Positions 27,044-37,056 of a stretch of 64,000 bases of DNA are shown here, in pieces. The number at the start of each line of letters is the position of its first letter. Positions within the stretch are counted from its first letter, which is position 1. Origin of the DNA: Clostridia bacterium. GTDB taxonomy: Bacteria > Bacillota > Clostridia > Oscillospirales > CAG-272. The stretch is from contig JAFQOX010000128.1 of the NCBI GenBank assembly GCA_017412045.1, forward strand, positions 29,012-93,011, given 5' to 3'. The notes under the pieces are model-generated. The model was not told the DNA's origin, made no database searches, and saw only the letters and a list, made by a program, of their open reading frames with translations. A program made the translations under genes and the position numbers.

Positions 27044-27889
27044 TCAAAGAGAAGCCGCTGAGCGGGCATCGAGCTTTTTCTCGATTTCGTCGATCATGTC
27101 TGCCAGCGCGCCGTCCTTGCAATGGCATACCCGGAGATGGGAAATCCTTTTGATTTCATCCACGGCGTTTTCGGGGCAGACGGCGACGTCCGCGCCGGAC
27201 AGCATTTCCAGGTCGTTGTAAAAATCACCGATACACCAAAGCTCGGCGTTGGGATAGAGGGCTTTCAGATAGGGGAACTGTATTTTTTTCGAAACGCCCT
27301 TCGGAAGAATTTCCAGAATGGTTTTTCCCGAGAGCGTGATCTCGTAATCATCGCCGTAGGCTTTCCGAAATTCTTCTTGCAGAAAGAGCAATTTCTGGAG
27401 GTCGGCAGAGGTGAAAACCGCTTTGAAGATCTTTTCCTGCGCGAACGCCGAAATAGGGAGGGACGTTGTCAGATGAGCGAGACCGCTTTTCTCCAGAAAT
27501 TGGATCGCGACCGAATCCTCCGCGGGACAGAGAAAGCCGCGGGCGCAGGTCGCGCGCATTCCCACGTCGGGAAACCGCTTCTTGACGGACCGAAAGGCTT
27601 CGATCAAAGGGAAGGGATTAAGGAAAAAGGGGTTGAGAAATTCGTCGGAGATAAAATCATAGAGATAACTGCCGTTGCAGAGAATACAGGGCATATTGAC
27701 GTATTGCTTCAATGCCTGTGCAACGATAAAAAGATCCTTATGGCTACGTCCGGTGGACAGCGCGAAGTGTCCTCCGTTTTCGCAGAAATAGTGAAGCTTC
27801 TCAAAGTTGCGTGGATTGATGTAAGCGTACTCCCAAAGCACGGTGCCGTCAATATCGGATGCGATCAAAATGTTTTGAAATTTTTTCAT
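27044..27889 (-). CDS. Cof-type HAD-IIB phosphatase
   Basis: start ATG 27889 (MKKFQNILIASDIDGTVL); 'STGR', 'GDFYNDLEM' motifs. Confidence 0.88.
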   Translation of the reverse strand: MKKFQNILIASDIDGTVLWEYAYINPRNFEKLHYFCENGGHFALSTGRSHKDLFIVAQALKQYVNMPCILCNGSYLYDFISDEFLNPFFLNPFPLIEAFRSVKKRFPDVGMRATCARGFLCPAEDSVAIQFLEKSGLAHLTTSLPISAFAQEKIFKAVFTSADLQKLLFLQEEFRKAYGDDYEITLSGKTILEILPKGVSKKIQFPYLKALYPNAELWCIGDFYNDLEMLSGADVAVCPENAVDEIKRISHLRVCHCKDGALADMIDEIEKKLDARSAASL

Positions 27890-27925
27890 AACGAATCCTT
27901 TTCTTTGTAACAACGTTCGGCGGGG

Positions 27926-28870
27926 TCAATCGGTTTTTCGGAGCGTTTCCAGGATTTCAGTGAAATACGCGGGAATATCGCAGACGAAGCGCATCTGCTG
28001 TTTGGTTCTCGGATGCGTGAGGATCAGCTCCTTTGCGTGCAGGCATTGGCCCTCGGTGGTTTTTGCGAATTTCTGATTGAGCGGGAGCTTGGCGCTTCCG
28101 TAGACCAGATCGCCGAGCAAAGGGCGGTTTTTGTGAGAAAGGTGAACGCGGATCTGATGCGTGCGCCCCGTTTCCAATTCGCATTGAATATAGGTTGCGC
28201 CGGAAAATCGTTCCAGAATGCTGACGTGCGTGACGGCGTTTTTGGAATTTTTGTCGGTGACAGCCATCTTTTTTCGGTCCGTCGGATGTCTGCCGATGGG
28301 AAGATCGACCGTGAAATCTTCGTCGAGTCCGCCGATGGCGATGGCGTGATAAATGCGGGATACGCGGTGCTCCTTGATTTGCTCTGACAGAAAGAGATGC
28401 GCCGCATCGTTTTTGGCAACGACGAGCAGACCGCTGGTATCCTTGTCGATCCGATGCACGATGCCGGGGCGGACGACGCCACCGATGGCGGACAAGCGTT
28501 CGCCGCAGTGGTAAAGCAGGGCGCTGACGAGCGTTCCCGTATAGTTCCCTGCGGCGGGGTGAACGACCATACCCTTGGGCTTATTGACGACGATGATATC
28601 CTCATCCTCGTAGACGATGTCGATCGGAATATTTTCCGCTTCCGCGCGGCAGGGGACCGGCGCGGGATAGGTGAGCGTCACGGTATCGTCACGGCGGAGC
28701 TTGTAATTTTTTGCCGTCGGCGTGCCGTTGACGAGGACGAAGCCGTCTTGCAGGAGCTTTTGCGCCTGCGAGCGCGTCAGATCCTCCTCCGTTTCGGAGA
28801 GAAAAATATCCAGACGCTTGCCGACGTCGTCAATTTCCGTCGTCAGCGTTTTTCTGATCTGTTCCGTCAT
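27926..28870 (-). CDS. rluD: RluA-family 23S rRNA pseudouridine synthase (RluD-like)
   Basis: 314 aa; S4 domain N-terminus; 'HRIDKDTSGLLVVAK' catalytic Asp motif. Confidence 0.92.
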   Translation of the reverse strand: MTEQIRKTLTTEIDDVGKRLDIFLSETEEDLTRSQAQKLLQDGFVLVNGTPTAKNYKLRRDDTVTLTYPAPVPCRAEAENIPIDIVYEDEDIIVVNKPKGMVVHPAAGNYTGTLVSALLYHCGERLSAIGGVVRPGIVHRIDKDTSGLLVVAKNDAAHLFLSEQIKEHRVSRIYHAIAIGGLDEDFTVDLPIGRHPTDRKKMAVTDKNSKNAVTHVSILERFSGATYIQCELETGRTHQIRVHLSHKNRPLLGDLVYGSAKLPLNQKFAKTTEGQCLHAKELILTHPRTKQQMRFVCDIPAYFTEILETLRKTD

Positions 28871-29372
28871 GGCTTGGATCCTCCTCTGCGTTTGCCGAAG
28901 CGGTAGCGGGTTTTTTATCGACGAAGAAGGTCTTGTCGAAAAAGAGCGCGTAAACGATCATAATGGCGGCGCCACAGACCACGCAGATGTCCGCTACGTT
29001 GAATACGGGGAAATCAATAAACGTAAATTCCAGAAAATCGACGACGTAGCCGACGAAGATACGGTCGATCATATTGCCGATCGCGCCGCCGATAAAAAGA
29101 GAAAGCGAAAGATTAAACAAAAAGTGAACTTTTCTGTATCGGTATAGAATGATGGGCATGATGATGAGCGCGGCGGACGTGACGACCATGAAGATCCACC
29201 GGTGATTGCTGAACATTCCCCACGCCGCGCCGTAATTGGCAACGTAGGTGAAGGAAAAGACTTTTTCGATCAGGACGATGGATTCGAAAAGCTCCATGGA
29301 GCTGACGACGATCCACTTGGTCAGCTGATCCAGAATCACGGTTGCCGCGATAATACTGATCCATAAAATCAT
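28830..29372 (-). CDS. lspA: Lipoprotein signal peptidase II
   Basis: start ATG 29372 (MILWISIIAA..., AAGGAG RBS); 'NYGAAWG', 'GNMIDR', 'FNVAD' motifs. Confidence 0.93.
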   Translation of the reverse strand: MILWISIIAATVILDQLTKWIVVSSMELFESIVLIEKVFSFTYVANYGAAWGMFSNHRWIFMVVTSAALIIMPIILYRYRKVHFLFNLSLSLFIGGAIGNMIDRIFVGYVVDFLEFTFIDFPVFNVADICVVCGAAIMIVYALFFDKTFFVDKKPATASANAEEDPSHDGTDQKNADDGN

Positions 29373-29383
29373 AAGAAACTCCT

Positions 29384-30166
29384 TTAATTTTGTTTTTCGA
29401 TCACAACGCCTTTTTCCGACGGGTGATCGAAATCCAGCATGAATTGCCGTGCGGAAGCGGGCGCGATCGCGCATTTCGATAAAGAATTTTCGTGCTCGGC
29501 GATCAGGTCCGCGACGGCGGGCGTTTTTTTGACGAGCTTTTTCCTTGCGGAGACGTGCTCTGCGCTCTGCGCTTTTTTTTGTTTTTCCGTTTCGGACTGC
29601 GTTTTACATTCGCTCCAGAAGGAAAATTCCATCTGTGTTTCCGGAAAAATTTCGTATTGCTCGGAAAATTTTCTTTTGAGCTCCTCGAGGATATGCTGAG
29701 AATACGCATCGGGTGTCCAATCCCTGTCTGCTTCGTCGGAGGGAAAGCAACGCTCTATCATTTCTATATGCATCCGATATTGCTCAAACAAATCGTATTT
29801 GAATTTCAGAATCGATTGCTTCATATCCGTAAGTGCTTTGGCTTGCGCTTCTGCTTTTTCCTTGAAGCCGCGAAGAACGGAATTGCAATTCGTTTGTACG
29901 TCAGCCAGAATCCTGTCCGCCTTCAGATAAGCATCTTCGATGATCTGATCCTTTTGCACTTCGGCCTTTTTTAAAATACGTTCAGCCTCCGATTGCGCAT
30001 CTTCGATGGCGCGGAGCTGATTCCGAAGAGCCGCGTTTTCCCGATGAAGAAGGGTAATGCTTTCGGTGAGACGGGAGATATAGTCATCTACCTCGGAGGG
30101 GGCGTATCCCGATTTCGTTTGGCTGAAGGACTGCCCCGTCAATGTCTCGGGTATAATCGGTGTCAT
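29384..30166 (-). CDS. DivIVA-domain protein
   Basis: start ATG 30166 (MTPIIPETLTGQSFSQTKSGYAPSEVDDYI...), coiled coil follows. Confidence 0.85.
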   Translation of the reverse strand: MTPIIPETLTGQSFSQTKSGYAPSEVDDYISRLTESITLLHRENAALRNQLRAIEDAQSEAERILKKAEVQKDQIIEDAYLKADRILADVQTNCNSVLRGFKEKAEAQAKALTDMKQSILKFKYDLFEQYRMHIEMIERCFPSDEADRDWTPDAYSQHILEELKRKFSEQYEIFPETQMEFSFWSECKTQSETEKQKKAQSAEHVSARKKLVKKTPAVADLIAEHENSLSKCAIAPASARQFMLDFDHPSEKGVVIEKQN

Positions 30167-30288
30167 GGGAGGTTCTCCTGTTTGTCGAACGATGCCAATC
30201 GGAAGATTGACGCCGTTTCGGTGAAATATTCTTCGGGGAAAGAAAAATATGACGGGGCAGAAACGCCCCGTCATATGCTTCGTTCAAT

Positions 30289-30774
30289 TTAAAACAAAGT
30301 GTCGCTTGTCAAGTTTGCGTTTGCAGTCTGATTATCAAAATCCTGCTGTGCCTCCGCAGCTCTTACCTGCGTGTCGGCAACGTCAACGTTGCAGGGGGTA
30401 ATGATATAAGTGTTGACGGCAATGTTTTTCAGCTGACCGTCGATGGAATATGCGACGCCTGCAAGAAAGTCGAGCAATCTTTTGGCTTCTTCGGTATTGG
30501 TTGCTTCCAGATTCAGAACGACGGTGCAATTGTGCATCAGATAATCTGCAATTTCGGTAACGTTTGCAAACGTCGTCGGTCTTACAACCTTGAGCTCCAC
30601 GACGGAATCGTCCTGTCCGTAAATGCCGGTTGCGGGTTTGGGAGCAACGGCGGTCGCTGCCGCGGGGAGGGCGATATCCTCGGTTTCCGTTTCATTGGTT
30701 ACATCTATATCCAGCTTCTCATCATAAGGATTTTCGATGGAAACCATTCCTTTGATTTTCTCAATTAAACCCAT
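30289..30774 (-). CDS. sepF: Cell division protein SepF
   Basis: 161 aa; C-terminal 'VVRPTTFANVTEIADYL...VVLNLE...RLLDFLAGVAYSIDG'. Confidence 0.92.
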   Translation of the reverse strand: MGLIEKIKGMVSIENPYDEKLDIDVTNETETEDIALPAAATAVAPKPATGIYGQDDSVVELKVVRPTTFANVTEIADYLMHNCTVVLNLEATNTEEAKRLLDFLAGVAYSIDGQLKNIAVNTYIITPCNVDVADTQVRAAEAQQDFDNQTANANLTSDTLF

Positions 30775-30856
30775 TTTTGTACCTCCAAAAACTTCTCTTT
30801 TATGAATCTTTATTTATTTTTAATGCTAAAAATATTAAAAAGATATATCCTGTACT

Positions 30857-30886
30857 ATTATAACATAGTTCATATGAAAATTGCAA
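30857..30886 (-). promoter_or_regulatory. Sigma-A-type promoter for sepF
   Basis: minus strand TTGCAA (30886-30881) - 18 nt - TATAAT (30862-30857), TG-extended. Confidence 0.55.
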
Positions 30887-31027
30887 TCCGTTTTTTTAAA
30901 AAAAGTGAAAAAATTTGTGACTGTCGTACAAATATTCGATTTCTTTTATGCATAGAAAATTGCGCAAAACAACTCCGCCGTCGATCCGTACGCGAGGTCA
31001 GAAGAAACCGAGGTACGGCGGCAACCG

Positions 31028-31726
31028 TCAGCGGCGATCCGCCGCATTGCGCTTTCCGAAAATTCCCTCGCCGATTCTGACGATATTGGTTCCGTGCTCA
31101 AGCGCCTGGGTGAAGCTTCCGGACATTCCCATAGAAAGCACGGGGGACGTAACTTCGGGGAAATATTTTGTAAAAATTTCAGTTTTCAGCCGATTCATTT
31201 CCTCAAAGTAGCGATGGTAATCGTTTTTGTCCTCGCAGATCGGCGCGATCGTCATGAGTCCGCGGATTTCAATGTTGGGAAATTGTTTCAACACCGCACA
31301 AAAGCCTTCGAGTTGCTCGGGGAAAATTCCGCTTTTCGCTTCTTCTCTGCCGATATTGATTTCGATCAGAGCGGGGATGATTTTTCCGATTTTTTCTGCG
31401 CGGCGTTGGATTTCCGCGGCAAGAGATTCGCTGTCGAGCGATTCGATCATGTCAATTTTGTCAATGATATATTTGACCTTGTTTTTCTGGAGCGTGCCGA
31501 TAAAATGAAGCTCGGCGCTGCGATCCATTTCTTCGTAATGCGCGAGCAATTCCTGCACGCGGTTTTCACCGACCAGCGTAATGCCGCATTCGCGGATGGC
31601 GAAATTGATTTCTTCGGTTGTTCTCGTTTTGATGACAGCCATCAGCTCTGCTTGAGGATAAGCGGACATACGGCTGCGGATGTTTTGAATATTTTCACGG
31701 ATTTCCGCTTTTTTCGTTTCTGTCAT
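31028..31726 (-). CDS. yggS: YggS-family pyridoxal-phosphate homeostasis protein
   Basis: 232 aa; 'AVIKTRT', 'HFIGTLQKNK', 'LSMGMSGSF' family motifs. Confidence 0.92.
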   Translation of the reverse strand: MTETKKAEIRENIQNIRSRMSAYPQAELMAVIKTRTTEEINFAIRECGITLVGENRVQELLAHYEEMDRSAELHFIGTLQKNKVKYIIDKIDMIESLDSESLAAEIQRRAEKIGKIIPALIEINIGREEAKSGIFPEQLEGFCAVLKQFPNIEIRGLMTIAPICEDKNDYHRYFEEMNRLKTEIFTKYFPEVTSPVLSMGMSGSFTQALEHGTNIVRIGEGIFGKRNAADRR

Positions 31727-31747
31727 GGGAAATTCCTTTCTGAAATG

Positions 31748-32962
31748 CTAATCTATAAATTTGTTTTCGTATAGCTTCGTGTCGTTGAGAATGATCAGGT
31801 CGTTGAGCTTCAGCATTCCCGGAGCGGTATTTTCGGAGGAGATGATATAGTATCCGTTTTGCTCCCACAGGATGCTGACTTCCCTTTTCTCCGCGACGCC
31901 CTCATAAAATACGTATACGAAGGTTTTTCCGTTTTCCGCCCGTACGACCTCGGCGGGAATACGGAATCCCGTGTAGGAGCCTCGGTTTGCCTGCATACGC
32001 TGGGTGCGCGTCGTATCGAAGCCGCGAGGCAGGGAGGAGGAGTAAAAGACGAGGAGCGTTTGCGAGGCGGCGGTCTCCTTGGAAACCAATTTCATGAAGA
32101 TGGCTTCTGTGTGGCTGTTGTCGGGGAAAAAGCATTCGTACGTCGTACCGACGAGAAAGCCCTCTGCGTCCGCCTCGGGAACCTTCGCGGCGTAATACCA
32201 TTGCGAGCTCGTCACGAGCGTACCGACGGCGTTCGGCTTTTTGACCGCTTTGACCGAGGTGATCTGATCATACAGCGCAAGGGAGAGATTTTTCGCCGTT
32301 TGCGCGGTGAAAATTTCCTCATAGCCGTCCGTTCCGGAATAAAAATATCCCGAGCCCGGAGCCGAAACGCTTTCCAAGGGCAGACCCAGCGAGGCAACGA
32401 GCGCATCCTTCTGGCTTTCCAGCGCGGCGATTTCTTCGTTATAGTCGTCTTTTCCGCTCGAAAGAAGGTCCTTTTTTGCCATCAGGACCAGCAGATCGTC
32501 GCCGAGCGCGTTGGCGGCGGCAGCGTCACCGGCGGCGTTTTTCTGCGTGATCTCATAGGAAACGAGCTCGATCTTTCGGTTTACCTCCGTAAGCGTCAGC
32601 TTGCCGAGTGACATACTGGCGCGGAGAATTTCGATCTGCTTTTTGACCTCGGCGATCCGTTGGGAAATCACTTGATTTTCAGCGCCGTATACGTCGGCAA
32701 CGACGCGGTTGGCGGCGACCTTTTCACCGTCGTAGTAATGATAATTGCACATGCCGGACGCGCCGGAGAAGAGGGGCGTCTCGTCCTTGAAGATATATCC
32801 CGTAAAGACCTGACTGTCGTAAGCGGTATACGGACGCACGGCGTAAAATTGCGCGTCCGTGCGCAAGCCGCGGGCGAGATGATAGCCGAGATAGATCACG
32901 GCGAGCAGGCACAGGGAGATGGGCAGTATTTTTTTGGATATTGGGTGTTTGCCGTTTTTCAT
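31748..32962 (-). CDS. HlyD/membrane-fusion-like protein (N-terminal TM, coiled coil, beta-barrel-like C-terminus)
   Basis: 404 aa; AAGGAG RBS; central coiled coil 'QRIAEVKKQIEILRAS...EEIAALESQKDAL'; no transporter partner nearby. Confidence 0.65.
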   Translation of the reverse strand: MKNGKHPISKKILPISLCLLAVIYLGYHLARGLRTDAQFYAVRPYTAYDSQVFTGYIFKDETPLFSGASGMCNYHYYDGEKVAANRVVADVYGAENQVISQRIAEVKKQIEILRASMSLGKLTLTEVNRKIELVSYEITQKNAAGDAAAANALGDDLLVLMAKKDLLSSGKDDYNEEIAALESQKDALVASLGLPLESVSAPGSGYFYSGTDGYEEIFTAQTAKNLSLALYDQITSVKAVKKPNAVGTLVTSSQWYYAAKVPEADAEGFLVGTTYECFFPDNSHTEAIFMKLVSKETAASQTLLVFYSSSLPRGFDTTRTQRMQANRGSYTGFRIPAEVVRAENGKTFVYVFYEGVAEKREVSILWEQNGYYIISSENTAPGMLKLNDLIILNDTKLYENKFID

Positions 32963-32978
32963 GCGCAGCTCCTTTTCG

Positions 32979-33953
32979 TTACGCCCGATAGGACATCACG
33001 GTATGAATGTCGATGATGGCGTGCGCGTCGGCGATCAAATGCCCGTCGTCTTCATAGCGTTCGTTATCGGGATAGAGCCAATGGACGTTTTCGTTCCGTC
33101 TTAACCAGGTGAGCTGTCGTTTGGCGTAATGGCGGGTGGCGGTTTTGATGGCGTCAGAGGCTTCCGCCAGGGTCATTTCTCCGCGGATATAGCCGAGCAG
33201 CTCCTTGTATCCGATCGCGCCGCCGGCGGTGGTATTCGGAGAGAGATAGCCTGCGTTCAGAAGCGCGCGCACCTCGTTTTCCAATCCTGCCGCAAACATC
33301 TCGTCCACACGCAGATGAATGCGGGCGTAGAGATTTTCGCGGTTTTTATAATCCAGCGCGAGGATGCAAGCCGAGTAGGGCGATTCGTTTCTGATCGCGT
33401 TTTTGTCCCATTCCGTTTTCGTCATGCCGGAAAGATGGCAGATTTCCAGCGCGCGCGCGACGCGCTTGATATTATTGGGGTGAATCGTGCCCGCCGCTTC
33501 GGGATCAATGGCGGAAAGGCGGTCGTGGAGCGCCTGCGCGCCGTTCGTTTCGGCGAATTGAAGGAGCTCTGCGCGATACGCGGGGTCGGGCTCCATGTCA
33601 CCGAAGTTGACGCCGTTGAGAACGGAGTCCAGATACAGTCCCGTTCCGCCGCAGAGAATGGGTGTCTTTCCTCTGGCGTGAACGTCGGCGATCGCCTTTT
33701 GCGCGAGCTCTGCGAAGGCGGCGGCGGAAAAATCCTCGTCGGGATCGCAGATGTCGATCAGATGATGCGGAATTTCCGCTCTGTCATGCAGAGAAGGCTT
33801 TGCCGTTCCGATGTCCATGCCTCTGTAGATCTGCATGGAATCGCAGGAAATCAATTCTCCATTGTAATCCTTGCAAAGACGCATGGCAAGGGAGCTTTTG
33901 CCGCTCGCGGTCGGCCCGGCGACGGCAATGACGGGAATTTTACGGTTGATCAT
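32979..33953 (-). CDS. miaA: tRNA dimethylallyltransferase
   Basis: 324 aa; P-loop 'GPTASGKS', 'DSMQIYRGMDIGTAKP'. Confidence 0.96.
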   Translation of the reverse strand: MINRKIPVIAVAGPTASGKSSLAMRLCKDYNGELISCDSMQIYRGMDIGTAKPSLHDRAEIPHHLIDICDPDEDFSAAAFAELAQKAIADVHARGKTPILCGGTGLYLDSVLNGVNFGDMEPDPAYRAELLQFAETNGAQALHDRLSAIDPEAAGTIHPNNIKRVARALEICHLSGMTKTEWDKNAIRNESPYSACILALDYKNRENLYARIHLRVDEMFAAGLENEVRALLNAGYLSPNTTAGGAIGYKELLGYIRGEMTLAEASDAIKTATRHYAKRQLTWLRRNENVHWLYPDNERYEDDGHLIADAHAIIDIHTVMSYRA

Positions 33954-35271
33954 TGTTATTACCTTTTTTATCCTTATTTTTCGTTTGGTCGGAATCGGGC
34001 TCGATCGGATTCCAGCTGTTTCCTGTATTTTTGAAATCCTCCGTTTCGGCGAGAAAACGGGTTTCGTCCGTGTCCGCGGTATTGTCCGATAAGGTCAGCG
34101 AGTGCATGGTCCCTGCGGTATATACGGAAAGAGGAATACGCTCGAACGTACAGCCCTCCACGCGGTTGCCGCCCATGAACGCCGACGGATTTTCCGAGAC
34201 GATGCTGACGCCGATTTTGCTGTCCTTTGCCGCGCATTCGATAAAGGAGATGTCTTTGACCTCGAAATTTCCGTTGACCGCGGTTTGCAGAATGGCAAAG
34301 GCGGCTTCGCCGTCGTTTTCGCTGACGCAACCGACAGCCGTTGCGTTTCGGGAATCCTTGAAAAGAAATCCGTAGCGCAACGAATCCTCGGAACGGCAAT
34401 TTTCATACAGGGTATTCTGTGCGCAGACCCCGCCGAAGCCGAAAAGATTTCCTTTTGCTTCGCAGTCTGTAATTTTAAAAAATTCTTTGGGGACGGCGCT
34501 GTATTTTTCATCGTTGAAGCGCCCTTGATGCTCGAAGAAAAAACCGAATTTGGCATTGCCGTCCGCTCGGCAATCCGTGATCGTCAGGCTTTCGTTCTCA
34601 CTGTATCCGAAGCCGATCCCGAAGCCGGAAGCGCCTGTATTTTCCGCCGTTGCGGCTTTTCCGCAGTCGATGGCGGCGCATTCGGAGATCGTACTGCCGA
34701 TCGGACAATCCACGCCGAAGCCCGTGGCATCGGTATGTTTGACCGTGACCTTTTTCCAATGGCAGTTTTCGAAGAGATTGAACATAAAGCCCTTGCCTGC
34801 GGAGGTATAGTACGCGCAGGACGTGTCGGCGGCATCGATCGTGAAGGATTCAAAACGGCAATTGCGGAGATAAACGGCGTTTCCCGTATCGAGATAATCG
34901 TTGAAATAGAACATATCCAAGCCGTAATAGGAATCTCCCGTCGGCTTCAGGACCGTGGCGTCTCCGTCGCCGACGATGCTGACGTCGGAGCGCATTCTGA
35001 TGCAGTGCGCGCCGATGGTCTGCGTACCGTTTGCGGCGAATACGTATTCGCCCGCAGGTATGTAGACGGTTCCTCCCTCGGCGGAAAGGCTGTCGATCAG
35101 GACTTGCAGCGCCAGACTGTTTTGCGCGCCGTCGTTCTCGGTGGAAACGCCGTGCGCGGTGGCATCCACGGCGCCTTCCGGTATTTGCGCGGGATTTTCG
35201 TCAAGCGGACGGCATCCGATGAGGAGCGTGAGCGATAGGATCAAACACAGAATCAGTAACGTTTTTTTCAT
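33940..35271 (-). CDS. Lipoprotein with right-handed parallel beta-helix (pectate-lyase-superfamily-like) fold
   Basis: signal + lipobox 'LLIGC'; 'GGTVYIPAGEYVF' and periodic G/N/C-containing turns. Start is ATG 35271 or TTG 35286 (TTGA overlap with the queA stop). Confidence 0.75.
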   Translation of the reverse strand: MKKTLLILCLILSLTLLIGCRPLDENPAQIPEGAVDATAHGVSTENDGAQNSLALQVLIDSLSAEGGTVYIPAGEYVFAANGTQTIGAHCIRMRSDVSIVGDGDATVLKPTGDSYYGLDMFYFNDYLDTGNAVYLRNCRFESFTIDAADTSCAYYTSAGKGFMFNLFENCHWKKVTVKHTDATGFGVDCPIGSTISECAAIDCGKAATAENTGASGFGIGFGYSENESLTITDCRADGNAKFGFFFEHQGRFNDEKYSAVPKEFFKITDCEAKGNLFGFGGVCAQNTLYENCRSEDSLRYGFLFKDSRNATAVGCVSENDGEAAFAILQTAVNGNFEVKDISFIECAAKDSKIGVSIVSENPSAFMGGNRVEGCTFERIPLSVYTAGTMHSLTLSDNTADTDETRFLAETEDFKNTGNSWNPIEPDSDQTKNKDKKGNNNDQP

Positions 35272-35282
35272 GCTGAACGGAT

Positions 35283-36362
35283 TCAATGTATGAACATGGC
35301 GTCGCCGAAGGAGAAGAATCGGTATTTTTCTTTTACAGCGGTTTCATAGGCGTTCATGACGATTTCCCGATTGGAGAAAGCGGAAACCAGCATGATGAGG
35401 GTGCTTTGCGGCAGATGGAAGTTGGTGATCAGGGCATCGACGGCTTTGAATTGATAGCCGGGATAAATGAAAATCCCCGTATCGTCGCACATGGCGTGGA
35501 CGATGCCGTCGTCGGTGGAAGCACTCTCCAGCGTACGGCAGGAGGTCGTTCCGACGGCGATGATGCGCCCGCCGTTTTTTCTTGCGCGGTTGATCTTTTC
35601 CGCGCTTTCCTCCGTTACGGTGAAAAATTCGCTGTGCATGACGTGGTCGGTGATGCTGTCTGCCTTGACGGGGCGGAAGGTTCCGAGTCCGACGTGGAGC
35701 ATAACGGGAGCGATTTCCACGCCGAGCGCGCGGATTTCATTCAGCAATTCCTCCGTAAAATGCAGTCCCGCCGTAGGCGCGGCGGCAGAGCCCTCCTCTC
35801 TTGCGTAGACGGTCTGATAATCGCTGTTGTTCTTCAATTCCTCGGTGATGTAGGGGGGCAGGGGCATTCTGCCGATTTCATCCAGGATCGAGTAAAGATT
35901 TTTGCCGCTCGTTTTGTCGTATTCGAATTGCACGATGCGGTTGCCGTCCTCCGTCACTTCGCGGATGACCGCCTCCAGCAGCCCGTTGCCGAAGCGGACG
36001 CGGGCGCCCTCCTTGAGGCGTTTTCCGGGGCGTACGATGGTTTCCCACAGATCGAGCGCGCGTTGGCGAAGCAATAAGAATTCGCAGTCTGCGCCCTCGG
36101 AAAGATCTTCGCGGATCTTTTTTCCGTAGATGCGGGCGGGAATGACCTTGGAGTCGTTGATCACGAGAACGTCGCCGGGACGCAGAAAATCCTTGACGTC
36201 GCGGAAAATGCGGTGAGTGATCTCTCCGGTTTCCTTATCGAGCACCATCAGTCTTGCTTCGTCGCGTTTTTCCGTCGGATGCTGGGCGATCAGGGATTCG
36301 GGCAAATCATAATCAAAATCAGAAGTTTTCAGTTCTGTTTTTGCAAGCGTATTTTTAATCAT
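35283..36362 (-). CDS. queA: S-adenosylmethionine:tRNA ribosyltransferase-isomerase
   Basis: 359 aa; '[14 protein letters not shown]', 'APTAGLHFT', 'RFFSFGDAM'. Confidence 0.96.
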   Translation of the reverse strand: MIKNTLAKTELKTSDFDYDLPESLIAQHPTEKRDEARLMVLDKETGEITHRIFRDVKDFLRPGDVLVINDSKVIPARIYGKKIREDLSEGADCEFLLLRQRALDLWETIVRPGKRLKEGARVRFGNGLLEAVIREVTEDGNRIVQFEYDKTSGKNLYSILDEIGRMPLPPYITEELKNNSDYQTVYAREEGSAAAPTAGLHFTEELLNEIRALGVEIAPVMLHVGLGTFRPVKADSITDHVMHSEFFTVTEESAEKINRARKNGGRIIAVGTTSCRTLESASTDDGIVHAMCDDTGIFIYPGYQFKAVDALITNFHLPQSTLIMLVSAFSNREIVMNAYETAVKEKYRFFSFGDAMFIH

Positions 36363-36516
36363 AGTTTATCTTACCTTTTTATTTCGTTATGGGGGCGCTT
36401 CGGCTCCCGAAATTATTTTCATTATATCATATTTTTTAATCGGATACAATATAAATTTGATGGATTGTCCCACAACTCATTTTACGGCGTGCCGTAAGAG
36501 CATACGACGGGAAATA

Positions 36517-37056
36517 TCAGTTGATTTCCTCCTGCTTTTTCGAAAGGACCTCAAAAAATTCATCCAGATCGGCTTGCAGCTGATCGAGACCGTCAGCGAG
36601 GCTGATCCATTCGGTCCAGAAGGATTTGTACGCGCGCACGAGCATGACGACCGTAAATGCGACCGAACGCTTATTTTCAAATTCCGCGTCGCGGAGCGTT
36701 TCCTCGATCAGCAGCTGCTCCGATTCTTCAGCGTCGCCCGCGTTCTCCATCAGCGCGCGGTTTTCTGCTTCCAATCGCAGAAGCTCCTGCTTTTCTTCCT
36801 CCGTCTTTTGACGTTTGACCGTAATCATGGCGCGGCTGACGTAACCGGGATCGAATTTTTTGCTTTCATCGCGGGAAAAAGCATCAAAGCGGGATTGCTG
36901 CTCGTTTGCTTTCTGACCGAATTCCAGCTCCAGCTCGTATCCGATGGCGCGGAAGTCGCTGTCTCTGGATTGGCAAATATCGGAAATTTCGGATGCGAAC
37001 GTTTGCTCTCTTTGGAATATTTCTTCCCTCGTGATTTTTTTGCGTTTGATTTCCAT
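36517..37056 (-). CDS. Hypothetical acidic coiled-coil protein
   Basis: 179 aa; AAAGGAG RBS 9 nt upstream; E/K/Q-rich; no family recognised. The mirror + ORF 36457..37134 looks like antisense noise. Confidence 0.6.
   Translation of the reverse strand: MEIKRKKITREEIFQREQTFASEISDICQSRDSDFRAIGYELELEFGQKANEQQSRFDAFSRDESKKFDPGYVSRAMITVKRQKTEEEKQELLRLEAENRALMENAGDAEESEQLLIEETLRDAEFENKRSVAFTVVMLVRAYKSFWTEWISLADGLDQLQADLDEFFEVLSKKQEEIN

Noticed and set aside
36363-36420. Short leader of about 50 nt upstream of queA, with the hairpin TTCGG-GAG-CCGAA, a C5 run and an A-rich tail before the RBS. Its size and context are reminiscent of a preQ1-I riboswitch.
   Set aside because: It does not fit the preQ1-I consensus as I remember it. 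There is no 5-bp P1 closed on ...ACCC..., and no AAAAAACUA tail able to form P2. queA is also not a typical preQ1-regulated gene. An Infernal scan would settle it.
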